From: a candidate division WOR-3 bacterium
GTDB lineage: Bacteria > Hydrothermota > Tepidihabitantia > B3-TA06
NCBI GenBank assembly: GCA_016934635.1
Contig: JAFGSK010000017.1
Location: forward strand, 4,987-68,986
Reading direction: 5' to 3'
DNA length: 64,000 nucleotides
Shown: piece after piece, positions 28,841 to 36,762 of the stretch
Numbering within the stretch: the first letter of the stretch is position 1
How the letters are laid out: every line of letters starts with the position of its first letter
Notes under the pieces: model-generated
Told to the model about the DNA's origin: nothing
Database searches by the model: none
Seen by the model: the letters and a program-made list of their open reading frames with translations, nothing else
Program-made: the position numbers and the translations under genes

Positions 28841-28856
28841 AGACTTGAATTACGGA

Positions 28857-28874
28857 GCGGGACTAAAGTCCCGC
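28857..28874 (+). terminator. Hairpin GCGGGAC-taaa-GTCCCGC downstream of the 27434 gene; no following T-run, so a weak terminator candidate
   Basis: 7-bp perfect inverted repeat. Confidence 0.3.
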
Positions 28875-29108
28875 ACTACATGTAGAAGAAGTTTTTGGGG
28901 TTATCCGGGTTGTTCAACAACTTCAGAAGGAGGTTTGGTGCTCCGTTTGGTCTTTACCTTGAATCTTTAGAACCTCACCCACCCTGGTTATCTCTCCCTT
29001 GACACGGAAGAATAAAAGATTGGAGTATCCCGTCAGGCTGGAGAGCCTGACCTCCATGCTCAGTAGTCCCTCAGACAGAAAGCGACTAGCGGCGGCAAAA
29101 CCGAAGGA

Positions 29109-31496
29109 TTATTTCTCTTCGCCCTTTTCTTCCTTCATATACTCGTGCATCGACGCAAGGCGTTTACGCACCTTACCAAATACTTCTATCGCAGTAACTC
29201 CTGTCAGCACCTCAATACCTTGCTCGATTGTTTGAACTGCATAGATATGGAACTTATCTGCTTTGACCGCATCAAGAACCTCTTGACGTAACATGAGGTT
29301 GGTTACGTTCGGCGCAGGAATCATCACGCCCTGGCCTCCTGTGAGCCCCTTAGCCTTGCACAGACTGAAGAAACCCTCTATTTTCTCGTTGGCCCCGCCG
29401 ATTGGCTGAACGACGCCGTATTGATTAACAGAACCTGTAACGGCAATCGACTGGGTTAAAGGCACTCCGGAAAGGCTAGATAGTAAAGCGTAGAGCTCGG
29501 TTGATGATGCACTGTCACCCTCAAGCTCGTCGTAGAGCTGCTCGAATGTAAGGCTTGCCGAAAGCGGAAGCGGATGCTTGCCGGCAAAGGTTCCACCCAG
29601 ATAGCCTGTGATTATGAGAACTCCCTTGTTGTGGATCGGGCCACTCATCCGGGTTTCGCGTTCTATCTGCAGCACACCCTTCTTGCCAAGCCATGTCCGA
29701 GCGGTTATCTTCACAGGCTTGCCGAAAGAGAAGTCACCCAGGGTCATGACGGTTAAGCCGTTAAGCTCACCGACCTTTTCTCCATCCACATCAATTAAAA
29801 GCGTTCCACGCAGCATGAGATCCTGAAGTTTTTCTTCCACTAGCGAGCTTCGGTAGATATTTTCCTCCAGAGCCTTGTCAATGTGTTCAGGCTTGACTAC
29901 AGGGGAACCTGCATCCATTGCCCAGAAACTCGCCTCACTGGCCAGGTCCGAAATTTGCAGGAACCGTGTGGAAAGGCGCTCCTGATCTGCTGCAGCTCTG
30001 GAACCGTACTCGATCATGCTTGTAACCGCCTCACGAGTGAAAGGCCTCAATCCGTCATACTTACAACGTGCGGCGATGAAACGTGCGTAGGCAAGTTCAT
30101 TTTCCTCGTCGCGCGGCATGTCTACGTCGAAATCGGCACGAACCTTGAACAAACGGCGGAAGTCTTCGTCCAGTTCGTGGAGTAAGGAGTATATGTAGGG
30201 GGAACCGACTATGATAACCTTGAAATCTACCGGTATCGGCTGTGGGCGAAGGGTCTCGATGATTGCACCTCGGACCTTCTCTGAGATGTTTTCAATCTTT
30301 GCCTCGTTTGAAAGCAAGGTTCGTTTGAGTGCTTCCCAGGCAAAGGGTTGAGCAAGAAGCTCTCGGGCAGGCAAGAGAAGATAGCCGCCGTTGGCGCGGT
30401 GCACTCCTCCCGGTTTAATCTTGGAAAAGTCAGTAACCATATTGCCGTTCACATTCCGGTACTCGATTGCGCCGAACAGGTTGTAATAGGTGGGATTATC
30501 CTCGAAGATGACCGGTGCGCCGTTGTACTGAGAGTTGTCAACGAATACGTTCACCTGATATCTTTCGAGAAGGGCACGCAAGTGGGCAATCTTCTCCTGA
30601 TCATCGGTCTTCTTAAAGAGATCGATGTGTTTGACAATATCACGTTTGACCCAATTGAAATACTTACTTATCCTGGTCTCTTTCTTATGTTCCTCCATCA
30701 AGGGATTAAGGAGCAGACCCAGGGCATAATAGGCGACCTTGCGGTCATATTCGGTCAGTGCTTCGATCAACTCGGTTTCAATACGACGTACCTCGGCCAG
30801 GATGGCTTCCATAATTTCGGTAAGCTCCTGCCCGGCCTTCCGAACTTTCTCCTGTTCTTCTTTGGGTAATTTTTGAAAAACCTCCTGTTCTAAAGGCTTA
30901 CCTTCGCGAATAGGTATCGGGAAAAGACCGGTCGGTCCTCGCTGTATCATAAAATCTCTCTTCTGAGCCTCTTCTGTTAGCTTTTTAAACTCGGCTTCCT
31001 TTCGTTCCTCATATTTGGCGGCAACCTTCTTGAGTTCATCCTGATACTCTTCGCTGTCAAATATCTTAGGGAGCTCGTTTCGACAGGACTTGACGAACTC
31101 ATCCATCTTCGTTGCAAATACGTGCGCAGTTCCGTTTTTAAGACTCACAGGTATCGGCTCGGAAGGCTTCTCGAAGTTGTAAACGTAAACCCAATCAAGC
31201 GGGCTTTTTTCCTCACGGGCCCTGCGGCGTACAAGTGAAGTCACGGAGGTCATTCGACCTGTCCCAACAGGACCGGAAACGTAACAGTTAAAACCTGGTG
31301 TACCATGGGCCAGGGCGAAACGAATCGCCCGCACACCTCGTTCCTGGCCTATTGTTCCGTGTAAGGGTTCAAGATCATCGGTAGTCTTGAATGAAAACCT
31401 GTCAGGTGCTATCCTTCCCCTTAGCTTGCTAAGCGGTACTACCCTTCCTTCACGCATCTTTTTTTTATCATCGGTTTTTTCAGGGCTTTTCTTCAT
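29109..31496 (-). CDS. Lon-like protease of the LonC/LonB-like type: degenerate AAA+ module fused to an S16 (Lon) Ser-Lys peptidase domain
   Basis: C-terminal ...ELEGDSASSTELYALLSSLSGVPLTQSIAVTGSVNQYGVVQPIGGANEKIEGFF... (Lon proteolytic domain with the catalytic Ser in DSAS and Lys in EKIEG). N-terminal P-loop reads GPVGTGRMT (Lys replaced) and there is no DExx Walker B (GGYLLLPAREL), i.e. probably an ATPase-inactive LonC type. Confidence 0.75.
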   Translation of the reverse strand: MKKSPEKTDDKKKMREGRVVPLSKLRGRIAPDRFSFKTTDDLEPLHGTIGQERGVRAIRFALAHGTPGFNCYVSGPVGTGRMTSVTSLVRRRAREEKSPLDWVYVYNFEKPSEPIPVSLKNGTAHVFATKMDEFVKSCRNELPKIFDSEEYQDELKKVAAKYEERKEAEFKKLTEEAQKRDFMIQRGPTGLFPIPIREGKPLEQEVFQKLPKEEQEKVRKAGQELTEIMEAILAEVRRIETELIEALTEYDRKVAYYALGLLLNPLMEEHKKETRISKYFNWVKRDIVKHIDLFKKTDDQEKIAHLRALLERYQVNVFVDNSQYNGAPVIFEDNPTYYNLFGAIEYRNVNGNMVTDFSKIKPGGVHRANGGYLLLPARELLAQPFAWEALKRTLLSNEAKIENISEKVRGAIIETLRPQPIPVDFKVIIVGSPYIYSLLHELDEDFRRLFKVRADFDVDMPRDEENELAYARFIAARCKYDGLRPFTREAVTSMIEYGSRAAADQERLSTRFLQISDLASEASFWAMDAGSPVVKPEHIDKALEENIYRSSLVEEKLQDLMLRGTLLIDVDGEKVGELNGLTVMTLGDFSFGKPVKITARTWLGKKGVLQIERETRMSGPIHNKGVLIITGYLGGTFAGKHPLPLSASLTFEQLYDELEGDSASSTELYALLSSLSGVPLTQSIAVTGSVNQYGVVQPIGGANEKIEGFFSLCKAKGLTGGQGVMIPAPNVTNLMLRQEVLDAVKADKFHIYAVQTIEQGIEVLTGVTAIEVFGKVRKRLASMHEYMKEEKGEEK

Positions 31497-31855
31497 GTCC
31501 CTAGTATATCTTCATGGCTTTCCTTGTCAATCACTTGATACCTGACCGGAGTCGTATACAGAGCTGGTGATAAAATGTCAAGGTTTTACAAGGTACATAC
31601 ATTTACAAGGATGATGACTGATTTTCCTGGGATGTTAGCTGAGAAGAATAGTTTTGAGTTCCGAATAGGCTATGCCTTAAAAACGGATTGATCTTTACTC
31701 GAAATAATTGTACTTTATAGGTACAGTTAATGTGTTCAAAAAACAGACACATTACACTCAAACCGCAACCTCTCTTATTAGGAAATGTAAAAAAAGAACT
31801 TAGGGAGTCTTTTTCTGGTACGGGAATTGCTTAGTACGATTGCAACTAGTGAATA

Positions 31856-31883
31856 TTGACAAACCGATCGGGAGCATAATAAT
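31856..31883 (+). promoter_or_regulatory. sigma70-like promoter (TTGACA-N15/16-TAATAAT) upstream of the V4R-like array
   Basis: TTGACA 31856-31861; AT-rich -10 region 31877-31883; RBS AAAGGAGG before the ATG at 31921. Confidence 0.35.
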
Positions 31884-31920
31884 GATTACTCAAGCTTACA
31901 GAAAAGGAGGACTATAACGC

Positions 31921-32499
31921 ATGGAAGACGTGACAACCCATATGCGGGGGATGAATTCGGTTTTTCTCAAAAAGTGGATCTCGGAACGCTACGGAGAGGA
32001 TACACTGAATCAAATAAGTGCTAAAGTCAGTTCTCTAGCCCGTGAGATGTTAGAATCCCCTAACCCTAATAAATGGTATGCGACTTCTCTAACCAAAGAA
32101 ATCTACGAGGTTCTTGATAGGAAGCTCAGTCCTAATAATCCTGATGCCCTTGTAGATTTCGGAAGATTCTCCGCTGAATTGAGCATCAAAGGCTTCCTGC
32201 GATATTTGACCAGGTTACTTACCGTTCAGCAGCTCTTTAAGCGTGCAAAGGCTTTCTGGAAAAGCTATAACAAGGGAGGAAGCATAGAAACCGATCCGAT
32301 AACAGAAGAGGAAGGTCGCAAGAAAACTACCGTTTACGTTCGTGGCACTTCGGGTGTTGGTCCTCAAGGCTGTAAAGTACTGGAGGGTTACATCGAGGTG
32401 CTTATTTCCCGGACAGGAGTCAATGATATCGTAATCGAAAAGAAAACATGCATCCATAAAGGAGACAAAACTTGTTCCTGGAGGGTCAGTTGGTCTTAA
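31921..32499 (+). CDS. V4R-like array paralog 1 (192 aa): N-terminal helical region plus C-terminal V4R-type Cys motif
   Basis: MEDVTTHMRGMNSVFLKKWISERYGE...GFLRYLTRLLTVQQLFKRAKAFWKSYNKGG...GRKK...GCKVLEGYIEVL...EKKTCIHKGDKTCSWRVSW. Confidence 0.7.
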   Translation: MEDVTTHMRGMNSVFLKKWISERYGEDTLNQISAKVSSLAREMLESPNPNKWYATSLTKEIYEVLDRKLSPNNPDALVDFGRFSAELSIKGFLRYLTRLLTVQQLFKRAKAFWKSYNKGGSIETDPITEEEGRKKTTVYVRGTSGVGPQGCKVLEGYIEVLISRTGVNDIVIEKKTCIHKGDKTCSWRVSWS

Positions 32500-32503
32500 A
32501 GGA

Positions 32504-33091
32504 ATGAGATCAGAAATGGAAGAAATATCGACCTATATACGTGGAGTGAATTCAGTTTTACTCAAAAAGTGGCTCTCAGAACGTTTCGGGGAGGAAACAC
32601 TGAACGAAATATGCGCTGTGATCAGCCCTGAAGCGGGTGAAATGCTCCGCAATCCCGATCCTAATGAATGGTATCCAGTTTCTTTAACCAAAGAAGCGTA
32701 CGAGGCTATCGACCGGAAGCTAACCCCTAAATACCCGCAAGCCCTTCAAGATTTCGGAAGGTTCGAAGTTGAACAAAGCGTCAAGGGATTTTTGAGGTAT
32801 TTAGCCAGATTTCTTACAGTCCAGCAGTTATTTAAACGTGCTAAGGCTTTCTGGAAGAGTTACAATAGGGGAGGATTCATAGAAACCGATCCGGTCATCG
32901 AAGAGGAAGGCCGCAAGAAATCAAAAGTCTTCATCCATGGTTCAAGAATAGGTCCCGCGGGTTGCAAAGTGCTAAGTGGATTCATCGAGTTGTTAGTCGC
33001 CCAAACTGGTGTTCATGACATAAAGGTCGAGAAGAAAACCTGCATCCATAAAGGAGACAAAGTCTGCTCATGGGAGGTAAGCTGGGAGTAG
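32504..33091 (+). CDS. V4R-like array paralog 2 (195 aa; alternative start at 32516)
   Basis: ...IRGVNSVLLKKWLSERFGEETLNEI...GFLRYLARFLTVQQLFKRAKAFWKSYNRGG...GCKVLSGFIELL...EKKTCIHKGDKVCSWEVSWE; about 65% identical to paralog 1. Confidence 0.7.
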   Translation: MRSEMEEISTYIRGVNSVLLKKWLSERFGEETLNEICAVISPEAGEMLRNPDPNEWYPVSLTKEAYEAIDRKLTPKYPQALQDFGRFEVEQSVKGFLRYLARFLTVQQLFKRAKAFWKSYNRGGFIETDPVIEEEGRKKSKVFIHGSRIGPAGCKVLSGFIELLVAQTGVHDIKVEKKTCIHKGDKVCSWEVSWE

Positions 33092-33110
33092 AAGATTGAA
33101 AGGAGACAAA

Positions 33111-33686
33111 ATGGAAGATGTAGTAACACATGAAAAGGGAGTGGAAGCAGTTTTGATAAAATCGTGGCTCGAACAGTACTATTCTTCCGACATGGAAGAA
33201 ATCATCGATAAGCTTTCTCCCGATGCCCGTGACATGATAACTTCTCCTGCTGCAAATCAATGGTATCCTTTAGAATTGATGAAAGAGGTCTACACGGTAA
33301 TATACGAAGTAACAAAGGAAAAAGACCCTAAAGCGATAGTAGATTACGGGAGATTCTCGGCCGAGCGCAGCGCTTCCGGACTTCTAAGGTTTCTCATGAA
33401 GTTCATCGATATGAACAAGTTGATTGAACGAATGAAAGCCTTCTGGAAGCACTATCACAAAGGGGGTAAGATTACGGCATCGGAACTGGTTGAAGAAGCC
33501 GGTCGGAAGAAGAGAATAGTAGCCTACCACGGTTACGATGCAGGCCAAGCTGCATGTCTGGCTCCACTTGGATACCTTAAAGCCATTGCCGAAAGAGCCG
33601 GTGCCAAAAATGTGAAAGTCTTAGAAAAAACCTGTATCCATAAAGGAGACAAGGTCTGTTCGTGGGAAGTTAGCTGGGAGTCGTAA
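33111..33686 (+). CDS. V4R-like array paralog 3 (start taken at the MEDVVTHEKG Met, with AAAGGAG RBS; the ORF extends to 33096)
   Basis: MEDVVTHEKGVEAVLIKSWLEQYY...GLLRFLMKFIDMNKLIERMKAFWKHYHKGG...ACLAPLGYLKAI...EKTCIHKGDKVCSWEVSWES. Confidence 0.7.
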   Translation: MEDVVTHEKGVEAVLIKSWLEQYYSSDMEEIIDKLSPDARDMITSPAANQWYPLELMKEVYTVIYEVTKEKDPKAIVDYGRFSAERSASGLLRFLMKFIDMNKLIERMKAFWKHYHKGGKITASELVEEAGRKKRIVAYHGYDAGQAACLAPLGYLKAIAERAGAKNVKVLEKTCIHKGDKVCSWEVSWES

Positions 33687-33703
33687 AAGAATGGAGAATT
33701 GAA

Positions 33704-34279
33704 ATGAAGGACATTGCCACCCACGATAAGGGAATAACACCGGTTCGTATTAAATCCTGGCTCGAGGAGTGTTACAAACAATCGGACATCGAAAAGATAC
33801 ACAAGAAACTATCGCCCGAGGCTTACAAAATGCTAACGTCGCCTGTCGGAAATAATTGGTACCCGGTTGAACTTACACGAGAGGTATACAATACAGTAAC
33901 CGACGTACTCGGGAAGCGCAATCCCAGGGTGCTGATCGATTATGGTTATTATTCCGCCCAACACAGCATCACCGGCGTGCTCAGATTCCTGATGAAACTG
34001 GTCGATACGAACAAGATAGCTAAGCGTATGGGTGCTTTTTGGAAATTTTACCATAACGGTGGAAAAACAACTGCAGGCGAAGTAGTTGAGGAGGGAGGAC
34101 GTAAAAAAAGAACTATATCTTACTACGGTTATGACGCAGGCAGATACGGCTGTCTGGTTTTCGAAGGATACGCTCGAGCATTAACAGAGAAGGCGGGAGG
34201 CAAAAACGTCACTATTGTAAAAAAGAAATGTATTTACAAGGGAGATGATTGTTGTTCCTGGGAAGTAAGCTGGGAGTAG
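33704..34279 (+). CDS. V4R-like array paralog 4
   Basis: MKDIATHDKGITPVRIKSWLEECY...GVLRFLMKLVDTNKIAKRMGAFWKFYHNGG...GCLVFEGYARAL...KKKCIYKGDDCCSWEVSWE. Confidence 0.7.
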   Translation: MKDIATHDKGITPVRIKSWLEECYKQSDIEKIHKKLSPEAYKMLTSPVGNNWYPVELTREVYNTVTDVLGKRNPRVLIDYGYYSAQHSITGVLRFLMKLVDTNKIAKRMGAFWKFYHNGGKTTAGEVVEEGGRKKRTISYYGYDAGRYGCLVFEGYARALTEKAGGKNVTIVKKKCIYKGDDCCSWEVSWE

Positions 34280-34306
34280 GTAATTATTTTGAATCGGAGG
34301 CTATGT

Positions 34307-34879
34307 ATGACATATGACCGCGGCTCAACCGCTATACTAACGAGAGATTGGTTGAAAGAACGCTTTGGAGAGGATGGTCTAAAAAAGGTCGCCGGAAAGC
34401 TTAAAGCTGACGCCTATGACATGCTCCTGAACACTCATTCAAATGCATGGTATCCTACGCCACTTATCAAGGAAGTATACAAGGTTATCTCCGATGAGTA
34501 TGCTGGACGGTATCCGGATGTAATGTACGATTGCGGCCGCTACTGTGCTCAAAAATCCGCAACAGGGATATTGAGGTTCCTGATGAAGAATATCTCGATC
34601 GAGAATCTTTTCAAGAGGACCAAATCCTTCTGGAAGCATTTTAACAAAGGTGGAGGTGCAGAAATCCTGAAGCTGGAAGACGAAGAAGGTGAAAAGAAAA
34701 TGAAGTTTATTATTCACGAGTATGACGTTGGTGTACCAGGTTGTCAAACCATGCACGGCTTTATTGAAGGGATTGCTGGGATGGCGGATTCAAAGACAAA
34801 AGAGGTTCACGTGGAAAAGAAGGAGTGTTTGCATAATGGAGATGATTTTTGTGCATGGGAGATCAACTGGAAGGTCTAA
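34307..34879 (+). CDS. V4R-like array paralog 5 (start at the MTYDRG Met with GGAGG RBS; the ORF extends to 34289)
   Basis: MTYDRGSTAILTRDWLKERFGEDGL...GILRFLMKNISIENLFKRTKSFWKHFNKGG...GCQTMHGFIEGI...EKKECLHNGDDFCAWEINWKV. Confidence 0.7.
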   Translation: MTYDRGSTAILTRDWLKERFGEDGLKKVAGKLKADAYDMLLNTHSNAWYPTPLIKEVYKVISDEYAGRYPDVMYDCGRYCAQKSATGILRFLMKNISIENLFKRTKSFWKHFNKGGGAEILKLEDEEGEKKMKFIIHEYDVGVPGCQTMHGFIEGIAGMADSKTKEVHVEKKECLHNGDDFCAWEINWKV

Positions 34880-34897
34880 TGAAAGTTAGCTCCTACC

Positions 34898-35473
34898 ATG
34901 AGTGATACGATTCACTACATCAAAGGAGTATTTCCTTACTCCGTAAGAACGTGGTTAAAGCAACGATTCGGTGAAGATGGCTTAAGCCACATACTCTCAA
35001 GACTCGGCCCTGACGCACGTGAAATGCTCGAATCACCTTCTTCAAACGACTGGTATCCTGCCTCGCTTCTCAAAGAAGTTTATGCCGCTATTGATGAAGA
35101 GTATTCAGGTAAATACCCCGATATCATTACAGAATACGGTCATTTCAACGCGGAGCGTGATGTTAAAGGGCTTCTGCGTTATCTTATGAAATTTGTCACG
35201 ATGGAGAAGCTTCTCAAGCGAATGCGATCCTTCTGGAAACAGTACAACCAGGGAGCAACAATCGAGGCCTCGCCTTTGAAAGAAGACGATAAAAACAAAA
35301 GTATTGTGCTGAGCGTAAAAAACTACGATCTCGGATTAGCCGGATGCACCTCTCTTACTGAGTACATTCGAGTTCTCTGCCTCAATACCGGTGCAAAAGA
35401 CCTGACAGTAAAAAAGCAGACGTGCATCCACAAGGGTAACGATGTCTGTTCCTGGGAAGTAAGCTGGGTATAA
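34898..35473 (+). CDS. V4R-like array paralog 6
   Basis: MSDTIHYIKGVFPYSVRTWLKQRFGEDGL...GLLRYLMKFVTMEKLLKRMRSFWKQYNQG...GCTSLTEYIRVL...KKQTCIHKGNDVCSWEVSWV. Confidence 0.7.
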   Translation: MSDTIHYIKGVFPYSVRTWLKQRFGEDGLSHILSRLGPDAREMLESPSSNDWYPASLLKEVYAAIDEEYSGKYPDIITEYGHFNAERDVKGLLRYLMKFVTMEKLLKRMRSFWKQYNQGATIEASPLKEDDKNKSIVLSVKNYDLGLAGCTSLTEYIRVLCLNTGAKDLTVKKQTCIHKGNDVCSWEVSWV

Positions 35474-35475
35474 AG

Positions 35476-36051
35476 ATGAGTGCGATCACTCACGAACGAG
35501 GCGTAAATGCTACGCTAGTCAAGCTTTACATAAGGGACAGGTTCGGTGAAGAAGGGGTTAAGAAGGTAAGTGCAAGATTAAACCCTGATTCGCGCGAGAT
35601 GTTTTTCAACGTAGTCAGCAATAAATGGTTCCCGGTGGAACTTATGAATGAAATCTACGAGGCTTTAGACCGTGAATTTGGAAAAGAAAATCCAGACCTT
35701 TATCGCGACTATGGCAGATTCGAGGTTGACCGGAGCATCAAAGGCTTCCTGAAATTCCTTGTCAGAAACCTCATGTCCGTCGAACAACTGCTTAAAAGGA
35801 CGCAAGCCTTCTGGAAGAACTATCACAAAGGAGGCGTGCTGGAGACGAGTAGCATTTGGGAAGACAAAGGTCTGAAACACGTTACGGTCAGTATAGAAAA
35901 GTTTAATCTTTATCCGAAAGTCTGTTCGGAGTTAGAAGGCTTCATGGAAGGCCTGGTTTTAAGGACAGGGGCAAGCAATGTAAGTATTGAAGAGAAATCG
36001 TGCATCCATAAGGGAGATAAGAATTGTTCATGGGAAGTAAGCTGGAAGTAA
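35476..36051 (+). CDS. V4R-like array paralog 7
   Basis: MSAITHERGVNATLVKLYIRDRFGEEGV...GFLKFLVRNLMSVEQLLKRTQAFWKNYHKGG...VCSELEGFMEGL...EEKSCIHKGDKNCSWEVSWK; start 2 nt after the paralog 6 stop. Confidence 0.7.
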   Translation: MSAITHERGVNATLVKLYIRDRFGEEGVKKVSARLNPDSREMFFNVVSNKWFPVELMNEIYEALDREFGKENPDLYRDYGRFEVDRSIKGFLKFLVRNLMSVEQLLKRTQAFWKNYHKGGVLETSSIWEDKGLKHVTVSIEKFNLYPKVCSELEGFMEGLVLRTGASNVSIEEKSCIHKGDKNCSWEVSWK

Positions 36052-36072
36052 TAAAGTAAGGAACGTTTCAAA

Positions 36073-36651
36073 ATGGAAGACATGACAACCCATATGCGCG
36101 GAATAAATGCCGTTCTAATCAGAAAGTGGCTATTGCAGCGTTTCGGAGAAGAAACCTTCGATAAAATAAGCTCTAAAATCAGCCTTGAAGCCCGCAACAT
36201 GCTAAAGAACACTGTTTCCAATGAGTGGTACCCGATTGCTCTTACAACAGAGATCTACAAGGTTATTGATGATGAGCTCAGCCCTGAGTACCCTGATGTC
36301 ATGAAAGAGTACGGAAGGTTCTCAGCTGAACAGAGTGTCAAAGGTTTTCTGCGTTATTTGACCAGATTGCTTACAGTCCAACAACTAACCAAACGTGCGC
36401 AGGCTTTCTGGAAGAACTATAACAAGGGAGGAAGCATAGAAGCAGGTGCAGTCACAGAGGAGAATGGACGGAAGAAAGCTATAGTTACAATTCGGGGTTT
36501 GAGTACAGGAGATTCAGGCCGTAAAGTGCTGGATGGATTTCTCGAGGTTTTAATATCCCAGACAGGTGTTCGTAATATAGAAGTCAAGAATAAATCCGGT
36601 ATCCCTCCAAGAAACAAGGTATTGCACTGGGTTGTAAGCTGGGAGGAGTAA
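36073..36651 (+). CDS. V4R-like array paralog 8: a divergent terminal copy lacking the conserved C-terminal C-I-H-K-G-D-K-x-C motif
   Basis: N-terminal two-thirds about 70% identical to paralog 1 (MEDMTTHMRGINAVLIRKWLLQRFGEETF...GFLRYLTRLLTVQQLTKRAQAFWKNYNKGG...), but the C-terminus reads ...GRKVLDGFLEVL...VKNKSGIPPRNKVLHWVVSWEE (both Cys and the HKGD motif replaced; a 3-nt insertion is visible in the nucleotide alignment). Confidence 0.6.
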   Translation: MEDMTTHMRGINAVLIRKWLLQRFGEETFDKISSKISLEARNMLKNTVSNEWYPIALTTEIYKVIDDELSPEYPDVMKEYGRFSAEQSVKGFLRYLTRLLTVQQLTKRAQAFWKNYNKGGSIEAGAVTEENGRKKAIVTIRGLSTGDSGRKVLDGFLEVLISQTGVRNIEVKNKSGIPPRNKVLHWVVSWEE

Positions 36652-36762
36652 GAATTGTTATAAAGAAACTGAGTATATATCTGAGGTCAAATTGAAGCCC
36701 GCCTCAGAGTGGACTTCATCAACTACTTTTGTTACAGACTTTTATACTGTATATAATCCAGT

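Noticed and set aside
30348-30869. 173-aa plus-strand ORF
   Set aside because: Antisense inside the Lon-like protease gene.
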